Source: Candidatus Kaiserbacteria bacterium
GTDB lineage: Bacteria; Patescibacteriota; Minisyncoccia; Phycocordibacterales; Phycocordibacteraceae
Direction of reading: 5' to 3'
NCBI GenBank assembly: GCA_023264445.1
Contig: JAHFMN010000001.1
Location: 177,878-241,877, forward strand
DNA length: 64,000 nt
Under the pieces are notes generated by a model, which saw nothing but the letters and a program-made list of their open reading frames with translations, was not told where the DNA came from and searched no databases. Shown here one piece after another: positions 1 to 8,442 of this stretch. Both the position numbers and the translations under genes were made by a program. How positions within the stretch are numbered: the first letter of the stretch is position 1; each line of letters starts with the position of its first letter.

Positions 1-248
1 GGGCGACAGGAGTGATTGATGTAGCGCGCGACATTCTGGCGCATTGAACCATCAATAGTTTTACGGCTATTCACCTCAAAGAGATACTTGCTACGACTTG
101 TGTATTGCTCAGCGGTTGAGAGAGGGCGCCCGACATACTCGATGATGCGTTCCCCCTTCCTAAACGGACGCGCTGCAAAAAGCCCGAGCCCGGCACTCGC
201 ACGCTTCACAACGACATGCTCCGGATAGTCCGGTCTTTTTCTACGCAT
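1..248 (-). CDS. SET domain protein (lysine methyltransferase-like), 3' end outside window
   Basis: Hand translation from ATG at 248 (not in the ORF track): MRRKRPDYPEHVVVKRASAGLGLFAARPFRKGERIIEYVG...IDG...NVARYINHSCRP. It contains the SET motifs GxGLFA, EYxG and ARYINHSC. Confidence 0.85.
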   Translation of the reverse strand, partial: MRRKRPDYPEHVVVKRASAGLGLFAARPFRKGERIIEYVGRPLSTAEQYTSRSKYLFEVNSRKTIDGSMRQNVARYINHSCR

Positions 249-258
249 ATATTCAGTC

Positions 259-648
259 TTATGCTTCGGTAGTGGTGCCGTCAAAATGCTCCTCGTGCTC
301 GTCCGCCTTGGTCCGCTCGAGCGTACCGTCCTTATGCGCCGGAGGCGCATACACCGTATAGAGCTTCATGACGCCCGAGCCGGTATTGACGACATTGTGC
401 CGCGTGCCTTCAGGTACAACGACTGCATCGCCTCCCTTTACTTCATGCACGACGCCGTCCAGTATCGCCTGCCCCGCGCCCTCCTCGAACCGTATGAATT
501 GATCAAGTTCGTGTACTTCTTCTCCAATCTCCTCTCCTGGATTGAGACTCATAAGCACCAGCTGGCTGTGCTTGGCAGTGTAGAGGACACGGCGGTAATC
601 TGTGTTTTCTTTGGTCGCCTGCTCGATATCCGTAAGAAATCCTTTCAT
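259..648 (-). CDS. Cupin domain protein
   Basis: Motifs IGEEVH..DQFIRFEEG and VVVPEGTRHNVVN; likely start MKGFLTDIE at 648. Confidence 0.85.
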   Translation of the reverse strand: MKGFLTDIEQATKENTDYRRVLYTAKHSQLVLMSLNPGEEIGEEVHELDQFIRFEEGAGQAILDGVVHEVKGGDAVVVPEGTRHNVVNTGSGVMKLYTVYAPPAHKDGTLERTKADEHEEHFDGTTTEA

Positions 649-703
649 GTCCTTCGATTCTAACATGCGTGCCAAAAGAGCGTAAGGTATACTGCTGCCA
701 TTC

Positions 704-1426
704 ATGCTCGCCGAACTTGCTCCAAATCAAGGGAAAAAACTTGAGACTTTAGTTGCAGGCATTCCCTACCTGCGACTCCCTATAAAAACGCGGCTCATAA
801 CAGTTGCCGACAATCTGGACGCTCTCCTTGAGGAATACGTTCGGCCGCATCTGTTACCCGGGGACATCTTGTTCGTGAGCGAAAAGGTCGTCTGCATCAC
901 GCAGGGCCGCATCATCCACCGCGATGCCGTGAAGACCTCGTGGCTCGCGCGCCTCCTCTCGAGCAAGGTGAAGAATTATGCCGGCACGCCGCAATTCCGC
1001 GGTCTCGGGCACGGTACGGCACCGGCGATGCAGCTTCTCATTGAAGAGGCAGGATATCCTCGCACGGTTTTTGCAGCAGCGGTTTCGGCGATCACGCGCC
1101 CGCTCGGCATCAAGGGCGCTTTTTATTATCTCGTCGGCAAACAAGCAAAATCCATCGACTGTCCGATGTCGTGGACCATCGAAGAATTTAAAGACTACGC
1201 AAAGCGGGCGCCCCATGACCCGCACGGAGTGGCAAGGGACATCAAGGAGAAATTCGGAGTTGAAGCAGTCATCGTGGATGCGAACTACCGGGGTGCCTTC
1301 TCGCTCGGGAAATCGACTTCCGCAATTTCTGAAAAATTCATTCGCGAGCTTCTACACGACAACCCTGCCGGCCAAGACAGCGAAATGACGCCGTTTTTCA
1401 TCGTCCGCAAAGCGTCTGAAAATTAG
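704..1426 (+). CDS. CofE-like (F420-0:gamma-glutamyl ligase family) protein
   Basis: Motifs IKTRLI..D, GDILFVSEKV...QGR, IVDAN and DNPAGQDSEMTPF are typical of the family. Confidence 0.7.
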   Translation: MLAELAPNQGKKLETLVAGIPYLRLPIKTRLITVADNLDALLEEYVRPHLLPGDILFVSEKVVCITQGRIIHRDAVKTSWLARLLSSKVKNYAGTPQFRGLGHGTAPAMQLLIEEAGYPRTVFAAAVSAITRPLGIKGAFYYLVGKQAKSIDCPMSWTIEEFKDYAKRAPHDPHGVARDIKEKFGVEAVIVDANYRGAFSLGKSTSAISEKFIRELLHDNPAGQDSEMTPFFIVRKASEN

Positions 1427-2076
1427 GTTCGGGAATCGGTTTCAGGCCACTCGATAAGCCGGCCCGCCTTGAGTTCCATCGAGTCGGCTCCGCGGACATG
1501 GCGCCAGTTCCCTTTCGGGACGAGGAAGTAGTGCTTCCGCTCCGCGAGTGCATCATCAACCTCCCATACGTCTTTTTCTGTCGTTATCCAATCCGTACCG
1601 AAGCGGCGCATGTCGAGCGGCTTGCTGTAGCACTCAAGCGTCTTCTCTCCTGTGGAGTTCATGAACCATTCGTGGAAATACGAGAGTGCAAGTTCGCGCG
1701 GCGTACGGTAGACCGGGTCGCGGAAGCGGATAGTCGCATGATTCGTCTTGCTGATGGCGCCGTAGCGGCCCCCGCGCTTGTAGAGCGCCACGACATGATC
1801 ATCATCGCCTTTCCCCATCCGCGCAGAGAGATTCATGATGACAGGCGGCTCGCCGGCTATCCAGAGCGCCGTTGCGGCAAGGAGTGCACCCTCAATACAG
1901 TGAGCCTTCCCTTCCCGCAAGACCCGGCGCGGCGATAGATGCGTATCACCCTTTTTCTCCCAGTTCATAGGAAGTGAGTCAAGGAAATCCTGTATCTTGA
2001 TGGGAGTAGTGAGACGCGCGAGCTTCCGATACTCCTCTCGGGTAAGTCCCGATTGTTCAAGCGTGAGACGCCTCAT
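1423..2076 (-). CDS. Hypothetical protein, possible transglutaminase/papain-like fold
   Basis: 217-aa ORF with AHCIEGALLAA and DHVVALY segments (Cys/His candidates). Confidence 0.5.
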   Translation of the reverse strand: MRRLTLEQSGLTREEYRKLARLTTPIKIQDFLDSLPMNWEKKGDTHLSPRRVLREGKAHCIEGALLAATALWIAGEPPVIMNLSARMGKGDDDHVVALYKRGGRYGAISKTNHATIRFRDPVYRTPRELALSYFHEWFMNSTGEKTLECYSKPLDMRRFGTDWITTEKDVWEVDDALAERKHYFLVPKGNWRHVRGADSMELKAGRLIEWPETDSRT

Positions 2077-2095
2077 GCGCTTAAGGATACCTCAC

Positions 2096-2132
2096 AAAAA
2101 GAAAGGGCCCCGCTAAAGCGGGGCCCTTTCTT
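2096..2132 (-). terminator. Rho-independent terminator
   Basis: 15-bp inverted repeat AAGAAAGGGCCCCGC/GCGGGGCCCTTTCTT with a U-run on the minus strand, just downstream of 2143..2691. Confidence 0.75.
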
Positions 2133-2142
2133 AGGTAGTCAG

Positions 2143-2691
2143 TTATTTGACGGCAAGATCTTTACCCATACTATTCACTACTGCGACAAGCTCGGCCTGC
2201 GTCTTTGGAATGCGATTGATATTCACATGCCCCACAACGCGGACCGTAATACCCTTGCAGATGCCGAGTATCTCGGCTGCATTTTTCATACCCTTGTCAG
2301 TCGTAGCGTAATCGGCCTTCGTGTTGAAGAGTAGGTCGACACGCTTAGTGTAGCGGGCGTTCATCGTGTCGGCGATAACGCGATACCCGATGCGGCGAGC
2401 GACGACGTCGTAGCCGCACGTGTTTTCAGAAGAGATGTCGGATCCATCGATCTCGATGATGGTACCGAATGGCAACTCATCGCCGAGGTCTTGGGAACGT
2501 GCCGCGACAACCTCCGGATTCGAGTACGCGCCCGAGGCGGTCTCAAATGGATTGCTGTCAGTCTGTGACGGCACGGCGTTATAGGCGGTAAGCGTCACCG
2601 CATACGTCGGTAGCACTGACGCCACCGAGCGTGCGGGCTGCATGCCGCCGGACAAAAGCAAAAACCCCATAAGGGCTCCTAAGATAGTCAT
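2143..2691 (-). CDS. Secreted 3D-domain (peptidoglycan-related) protein
   Basis: N-terminal signal-like stretch; TAYN..TASG..VAA..LPFGT..DT..DL pattern. Confidence 0.7.
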   Translation of the reverse strand: MTILGALMGFLLLSGGMQPARSVASVLPTYAVTLTAYNAVPSQTDSNPFETASGAYSNPEVVAARSQDLGDELPFGTIIEIDGSDISSENTCGYDVVARRIGYRVIADTMNARYTKRVDLLFNTKADYATTDKGMKNAAEILGICKGITVRVVGHVNINRIPKTQAELVAVVNSMGKDLAVK

Positions 2692-2737
2692 TGGTGTAAG
2701 TTACCGAAATAGCTATTCGCTACCTCGTTATCTGAGA

Positions 2738-2767
2738 TAGTAGCATATTGACATTATTTTGTCAATA
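2738..2767 (-). promoter_or_regulatory. Sigma70-type promoter with overlapping 8-bp palindrome
   Basis: Minus strand TTGACA-N17-TACTAT; perfect inverted repeat TATTGACA-N6-TGTCAATA at 2746-2767. Confidence 0.55.
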
Positions 2768-2770
2768 GGT

Positions 2771-3310
2771 CTAATCAGTCGGTTTTGCTGCCATCCTGCT
2801 GGCAAAAAAATGGCTTACATACGCGCACAAAACACCTATTGCTGCTCCACCAAGAATATCCGATGGGTAGTGGACACCTGCGATGATGCGGCTCATCGTT
2901 ATAAGGCCGGTCGCTATGAGAAAGACGATTCCCCACCTTTTATTGTAGAAATAGAGCGCCATGGACAATGCGAAGAAGAACGTGGCATGCCCCGAAGGGA
3001 ACGACCATGCCGTGTCGGTAAATAGTTGGTGGACCGGGAGCGCATCGAAGGGTCGCGGGCGGTGGTAGAAGTAGCGGATGAGTTCGGTAATGCCGAGTCG
3101 TGCAATCACGCCCGATGCGAACACCACGAGGAAGATTTCGATCTTCTCGCGCCTGGAATAGGCGGAGAAGAACAGGAAGGCGATGAGAACTATGACGAGG
3201 ATATACGCCAGGTATGATGCGAAGAACACGATGATTCCATCAAGAACAGGTGATCGCCCCGCAAGACCATTTAGAAAAAAGAGAATTTGTGTGTCGACAG
3301 TCATAATCAT
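2771..3310 (-). CDS. PAP2 family phosphatase (undecaprenyl-diphosphatase-like)
   Basis: RPRP, SFPSGH and SRIIAGVHYPSD motifs with TM helices. Confidence 0.9.
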   Translation of the reverse strand: MIMTVDTQILFFLNGLAGRSPVLDGIIVFFASYLAYILVIVLIAFLFFSAYSRREKIEIFLVVFASGVIARLGITELIRYFYHRPRPFDALPVHQLFTDTAWSFPSGHATFFFALSMALYFYNKRWGIVFLIATGLITMSRIIAGVHYPSDILGGAAIGVLCAYVSHFFASRMAAKPTD

Positions 3311-3805
3311 TCAGACTACCGGCATGAACAAACCGATAGCGACTCCGAGGATGATTGCGCCGCCACCAAGGAGCGCCATCCGCGCACCACGCCAGAGCAT
3401 CGGCAATCGAGAGAAACGAGCGCTCGCCATCCCAACGATGAAAAGTCCCAGAACGGATGCCGATATCGATACTGTGAGCGCAGTGCCATCCGAGAAAAAG
3501 AAATACGGGATGATCGGGATGAAGGATGCGAGCACGCAGGAAACGAACATCATGACCGCCGCAATTATGGAAGGGCGGTCATTAACATCTTTCCCGCTCT
3601 CGTACTCTTCGGCCGATTCTTCGGAGAGGAAATCTCCCATCGCCATCGAGAACGCTTCTACGAATGCATACACGATGCCGGTCAGTATGATGGTTGCGCG
3701 TGGCACACCCGCAACACTGATACCGGCGAGGAATCCGACGGTGGAGACGAGACTGTCATTGATACCGAAAACGACGGTGCGGAGATAGAGCGAACTATTT
3801 TTCAT
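3311..3805 (-). CDS. VIT1/CCC1 family transporter
   Basis: VFGINDSLVS and AFSMAMGDFLS motifs; multiple TM helices. Confidence 0.85.
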   Translation of the reverse strand: MKNSSLYLRTVVFGINDSLVSTVGFLAGISVAGVPRATIILTGIVYAFVEAFSMAMGDFLSEESAEEYESGKDVNDRPSIIAAVMMFVSCVLASFIPIIPYFFFSDGTALTVSISASVLGLFIVGMASARFSRLPMLWRGARMALLGGGAIILGVAIGLFMPVV

Positions 3806-3823
3806 AGCCCAATGGTAGCATGC

Positions 3824-3857
3824 AAAAAAAAGAAGCCGGCTGCCAAGAGGCAGCCGG
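3824..3857 (-). terminator. Rho-independent terminator
   Basis: CCGGCTGCC-AAGA-GGCAGCCGG hairpin followed by a U-run on the minus strand. Confidence 0.7.
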
Positions 3858-3870
3858 TCGTCTGTAGTGC

Positions 3871-4917
3871 TTACGTATCAAGCACCGACAGTAAATCCGA
3901 CGGAGGCGATACCACCGAAAGTTCCTTTTTCTTGAGCTCGCCGAGATACAGCGAGAGGTACGGGCGGCAGTCATCCGGTCCAAACACCACCACCTGAATC
4001 TTCCCATCCTCCCTGTCCTTGAACTGGTCCAATGTCCCAGCGCTCTTATGTCTCCGGAGGAACCGGAACGCGCCGGCAATGCCTAAGCCAAAGCTAGGGC
4101 CCAGATGCGGCATGACAAACGGCCAGGTGAGAAAGCTAAGAAGGAAGGATTCATGCCGACTGCCGAACTGGAGGGCCTCTTCTTTGAAAAACAGACTCCA
4201 TGGCTGTCGGACGTCCTTCTTTACGCTCGCGAGAGTGCGCGCTCCGGGGATTTCTTCTCCCTCGGCGCACAATACCGGTATGACCGTGGGCTTGAGCGAA
4301 GCATCGGTACACGCATACGCTGCGAGACCCATACTCGTTCCCATGGTTCCTCCCGGAACGAAAAGCAGCGACATCCGGCCTGCCCGCGACCATAACTGCG
4401 GAGCAAGATGCTGCCGGTGTGCCTGCCAGTTCCACGCCCTATCGTACTGACAGGGGTTGTACCAGCCGTCCTGCGCACCAAGCCTGCGAGCATAGGCAAC
4501 CGTCGTTTCGTCGGCGTCGGAAAGCAAATGGACCTTGGTGCGGCGCCCGATCGTCCGTATCGCATCGATCTTGTCATGCGGCACATCGCTCGACATAACT
4601 GCAGTGAAGTCGAGGTCAAGCGCATTGCAGATCTTCGCCATAGCTTCGCCGGTGTTGCCGCTCGTTGCTTCGATGATGCGGGTGTCGCGATTGATATGCT
4701 CCAAGGCAATTCCCGTTCCGATTGCGGCACGAGCGATGATCCACTTGCTATGCTGCGCTTCGCCCGGAACGCCTGCTGCTCTGATGACGATGCCGTCGGG
4801 AGCAAAAGGGTTGAGTTCCGGCGGAAACTCGGGAGAAACCCGCACGAGACGTACGGTTGATGGGTCGGGAATCCTTTGAAGAAACCGTTCCATCAGTAAT
4901 TCCTGGTTTGTGTCCAT
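3871..4917 (-). CDS. Divergent PLP-dependent fold-type II enzyme (cysteine synthase-like)
   Basis: IIEATSGNTG, QY..AH, GGTMGT and IPG motifs; candidate PLP lysine in HSKW; AAGGAG SD upstream. Confidence 0.75.
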   Translation of the reverse strand: MDTNQELLMERFLQRIPDPSTVRLVRVSPEFPPELNPFAPDGIVIRAAGVPGEAQHSKWIIARAAIGTGIALEHINRDTRIIEATSGNTGEAMAKICNALDLDFTAVMSSDVPHDKIDAIRTIGRRTKVHLLSDADETTVAYARRLGAQDGWYNPCQYDRAWNWQAHRQHLAPQLWSRAGRMSLLFVPGGTMGTSMGLAAYACTDASLKPTVIPVLCAEGEEIPGARTLASVKKDVRQPWSLFFKEEALQFGSRHESFLLSFLTWPFVMPHLGPSFGLGIAGAFRFLRRHKSAGTLDQFKDREDGKIQVVVFGPDDCRPYLSLYLGELKKKELSVVSPPSDLLSVLDT

Positions 4918-4992
4918 GCGTGACTCCTTCCGAAAAAGAAAAAAGCCCTTTCTGATGTGAAAGAGCGGTCTGGCGGAAAGTGTACTCCTAAC

Positions 4993-5367
4993 CTAGTCCG
5001 GACGCCAACCTTTCTTTATCTTCGTAATCTTGTTCTTCTCATCCATAAAAATGACGGTCGGGCTCATCTTTGCCGCGTCTCTCGCCTCCACCCATGCCTC
5101 ACCGAGGATGATGACTTTGTCGCCCTTTTGGAAGAGGCGAGCAGGCGGACCATTGAGGATGATTTCTCCCTTCCCTTTCTTTCCTTTCACGATGTAGGTG
5201 CGCCAGAGGACGGCGTTGCTCACGTTTGTAATTTGTACCATCTGCCCGGGCAGGAGCCCCGCCGCTTCAAGCAGTGCCTCGTCTATCGTGATGGAACCGA
5301 CATAATTCAAATCGGCGTCCGTGACGGTCGCCCGATGCAGCTTCGCGAGACACACATTTACCAACAT
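4993..5367 (-). CDS. panD: Aspartate 1-decarboxylase (pyruvoyl-dependent), variant
   Basis: KLHRATVTDADLNYVGSITID including the G-S cleavage site; TY and LNG..AR motifs. Confidence 0.9.
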   Translation of the reverse strand: MLVNVCLAKLHRATVTDADLNYVGSITIDEALLEAAGLLPGQMVQITNVSNAVLWRTYIVKGKKGKGEIILNGPPARLFQKGDKVIILGEAWVEARDAAKMSPTVIFMDEKNKITKIKKGWRPD

Positions 5368-5430
5368 ACCGGCGAATATAGCACACCGGGCGGTGCTTCG
5401 CGAATGGTATTGTAAAGATGCTTCTTTCTC

Positions 5431-7524
5431 ATGAGCTTTTCTTTTTTTGCAAATATCATTGCACTCCTTTTTTCCTTCTTCATCGTCGGCGCGATTCTGG
5501 GCGCCTTTTTTTACACGTCTCGGCGAGACAATTTCATCCTTAAGCGGGCGCGTGCAAATCCAATACTGAAACCGACTGAACGGGAATGGGAGAACCGGGC
5601 GGTCTTTAATCCAGCGGCGCTCGCCCTAGGCGGTCGAACGCACCTCCTGTATCGCGCAATCGGGCATGATGGCATCTCGCGTTTCGGATATGCATCGTCG
5701 AAAAACGGCATTACGTTTGATGAGCGGCTCGCAGACCCCAGCTATACAAGCGAATATCCTCACGCAGCGAAGGCACCCTCGCAGATGCGCTACGCACCGA
5801 GCCTGTATGCTTCCGGCGGGAGCTGGGGAGGGTGTGAGGATGGACGCATGGTCTTCATTGAAGGCCGGGTTTATCTCTCCTTCTATGCATTTGATGAGAG
5901 CGATATGATCCGGGTCGCTGTCGCCTCCATCGCTTCCGATGATTTTCTCGCACACCGTTTTGACCGCTGGAGCCCGCCCACCTTCCTTTCCCCACCGGGT
6001 CAGATACATAAAAACTGGGTTCTGTTTCCTGAAAAAATAAACGGGAAATTCGCCGTTCTTCATAGCATTGCACCAACGATTGAGATCGCATACCGGGATA
6101 ACCTTGAAGACGTCGGGGGAAAAGAACCGTTTATAGAAAGCTGGTCGGGGCCGCGTACAAACCTGCCACCCAGGGAGAGCGCATGGGATACCACCGTGCT
6201 CGGTGCCGGTCCTCCGCCCATACACACAGCTGCTGGCTGGCTTGTCTTCTATCATGCGCATGATTCGCTTGAACCAACACGCTACAAGCTAGGTGCATTG
6301 CTCCTTGACCTTGCCAACCCTTCCAACGTGCTTGCGCGCGCCGCCGGACCCGTGTTTGAACCAGACGCCCCTTATGAAAATGATTGGAAGCCTGGGATTG
6401 CTTACGCATGCGGTGCGACAGTCGTGAAGGGGATGCTCTATGTGTATTACGGAAGCGGAGAGATGACCGTCTCAGTTGCATCCGCTCCGCTTGATGCCTT
6501 TCTGCAGGCGCTTCTTCATGGAGAACACGCCTCACTGCAGAAAACTGCACACATCCCCGCTACTAACCAGTCGCGCACTGCCCCGCTGCAACGTGAGACA
6601 AAATCTTTGTGCGCCCGCTCGGTCCTGAATCCCATTCTGCGTCCGCAAGGCGAGAGCTTCGAGAATCTTGCGACCTTCAATGCCGCTGCTATCGATATCA
6701 ATGGCTCGGTTCATATTCTCTATCGAGCCATGAGCATCGACCATGTCTCGACAATCGGCTACGCTCGATCAAAGGACGGCATCCACATAGACGAACGTCT
6801 TTCGGAGCCGGTATATCGTCCGCGCGCAGACTTTGAACAGAAACATTCGCATGCGAATTCCGGCTGCGAAGATCCTCGCGTAGTTATGATTGACGACCGG
6901 ATACATATGACGTATGTCGCTGCCGGTGATGTCGGAAAGGTAAAGGGCGTTATTGCCTCGATCTCTCGCGAAGATTTCCTTGCGAAACGCTTTGACCGCT
7001 GGAGCATGCCTACACTCGTCACCATCGAAGGGATCGACGACAAGGATATCTGTCTCCTTCCCGAGAAAATAAACGGACGGTACGTGCTCTATCATCGAAT
7101 CGGGAACCAGATGTGCGCGGCGGTCATCGACGATCTTTCATTCAAAGAGCGCGTGGCCCGTTGTGTAGAAGTGCTCAAACCGCGCGATGGCGCGTGGGAT
7201 GACCTGAAAGTCGGCATCGCAGGACCACCAATCAAGATAAAAGATGACTGGCTCTTGATCTATCATGGCATCGGGAAAAATGGCGTATACGGGCTTGGCG
7301 TTGCCCGCCTCGACTCCTCCGGCTTGCAGGTAAAGGCTCGTCTTGATGCGCCCATTCTTGTTCCGGAGACAGTGTATGAGAAGCACGGCGAGCGCGATAA
7401 TGTCGTATTCTCGTGCGGACAGGTCGTCCGCGGCGATACGATCTTCATCTACTACGGCGCGGCCGATAAGGTGCTCGGCGTCGCAACCGTCTCGCTCTCG
7501 CATATTCTTGATTCTCTTTCATGA
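5431..7524 (+). CDS. Membrane-anchored tandem GH130-like glycosidase/phosphorylase (two beta-propeller domains)
   Basis: N-terminal TM helix, then two repeats of NPIL-P / FN-A / YRA / GCED-R / YH / Y-G motifs. Confidence 0.8.
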   Translation: MSFSFFANIIALLFSFFIVGAILGAFFYTSRRDNFILKRARANPILKPTEREWENRAVFNPAALALGGRTHLLYRAIGHDGISRFGYASSKNGITFDERLADPSYTSEYPHAAKAPSQMRYAPSLYASGGSWGGCEDGRMVFIEGRVYLSFYAFDESDMIRVAVASIASDDFLAHRFDRWSPPTFLSPPGQIHKNWVLFPEKINGKFAVLHSIAPTIEIAYRDNLEDVGGKEPFIESWSGPRTNLPPRESAWDTTVLGAGPPPIHTAAGWLVFYHAHDSLEPTRYKLGALLLDLANPSNVLARAAGPVFEPDAPYENDWKPGIAYACGATVVKGMLYVYYGSGEMTVSVASAPLDAFLQALLHGEHASLQKTAHIPATNQSRTAPLQRETKSLCARSVLNPILRPQGESFENLATFNAAAIDINGSVHILYRAMSIDHVSTIGYARSKDGIHIDERLSEPVYRPRADFEQKHSHANSGCEDPRVVMIDDRIHMTYVAAGDVGKVKGVIASISREDFLAKRFDRWSMPTLVTIEGIDDKDICLLPEKINGRYVLYHRIGNQMCAAVIDDLSFKERVARCVEVLKPRDGAWDDLKVGIAGPPIKIKDDWLLIYHGIGKNGVYGLGVARLDSSGLQVKARLDAPILVPETVYEKHGERDNVVFSCGQVVRGDTIFIYYGAADKVLGVATVSLSHILDSLS

Positions 7525-7535
7525 TGTGGAATATG

Positions 7536-7679
7536 CAATGGGGAAAATTGGAGACTCTCGGAGCCGGCGCAGCATGGCAATTGCGGCGCCGAGGGGAGGC
7601 TGCGCCGCAATTTGCGCTGGCGAGAGTGAGTGCGCTGCAGCGCTGGATGCAGCGACACGTGCTCCAATTTTCCCCATTG
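7536..7679 (+). repeat. Structured palindromic element, copy 1 (144 nt, 18-bp terminal inverted repeat)
   Basis: CAATGGGGAAAATTGGAG ... CTCCAATTTTCCCCATTG; core aligns with the reverse complement of 33779-33920. Confidence 0.85.
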
Positions 7680-7692
7680 TGGGTGAATCGCT

Positions 7693-8442
7693 ATGACTAA
7701 ACTCATCATTTTTGACCTTGATGGTACGCTTGTAGAGAGTAAGCAACCGCTTACTGAACACATGGCGGCGCTTTTCGCACAACTGCTTGCCGTTACCCGC
7801 GTTGCGGTCATTTCCGGCGGCGCGCTCCCGCAATTCATGAAGCAAGTCATCGCACCACTTCCAGATGAAGCGAATCTCTCACATCTTTCTCTTCTTCCCA
7901 CGAGCGGCGCCGCGTTTTACGAATACCATGCGGGAGAATGGAAAAAAATATATGAAGAGCGCCTTTCGGAAAAAGAAGTCCATACTATCGAGACCGCAAT
8001 GCGTGAAGCCGCGAAGGAAACCGGTCTTATCGATTTTTCGACAAAGGCATGGGGGGAGCGCATTGAATATCGTGGCGGACAAATAACGCTTTCTGCTCTT
8101 GGACAGCAGGCACCCTTGGTTGAGAAAAAAGAATGGGACCCGACGCACACAAAGCGCCATGCACTTCAAGCGAATATCGCCGCACGACTGCCAGAGTTCT
8201 CGGTCGGTATCGGCGGTGCAACCTCAATCGATGTCACCAAGCGCGGTATCGACAAAGCGTATGGCATCCATAAACTCTGCGATCGGCTTGGCATTGCCGA
8301 GTCAGAAGCGCTATATGTCGGTGATGAATTGGTAAAAGGCGGCAATGACGAAGCCGTATACAAAACGGACATCCAGACGAAGAGCGTCAACAATCCAGCG
8401 GAGACCGTCAAACTTATTGAATCGTTTTTAACTACCGCATAA
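7693..8442 (+). CDS. HAD-IIB hydrolase, phosphomannomutase-like
   Basis: FDLDGTL, ISGG, GGATSID, DKAYG and VGD...GGND motifs. Confidence 0.85.
   Translation: MTKLIIFDLDGTLVESKQPLTEHMAALFAQLLAVTRVAVISGGALPQFMKQVIAPLPDEANLSHLSLLPTSGAAFYEYHAGEWKKIYEERLSEKEVHTIETAMREAAKETGLIDFSTKAWGERIEYRGGQITLSALGQQAPLVEKKEWDPTHTKRHALQANIAARLPEFSVGIGGATSIDVTKRGIDKAYGIHKLCDRLGIAESEALYVGDELVKGGNDEAVYKTDIQTKSVNNPAETVKLIESFLTTA

Noticed and set aside
7343-7845. ORFs crossing the 7536-7679 element, and those at 33654-33995
   Set aside because: They are open frames through GC-rich palindromes, better explained by the non-coding element.
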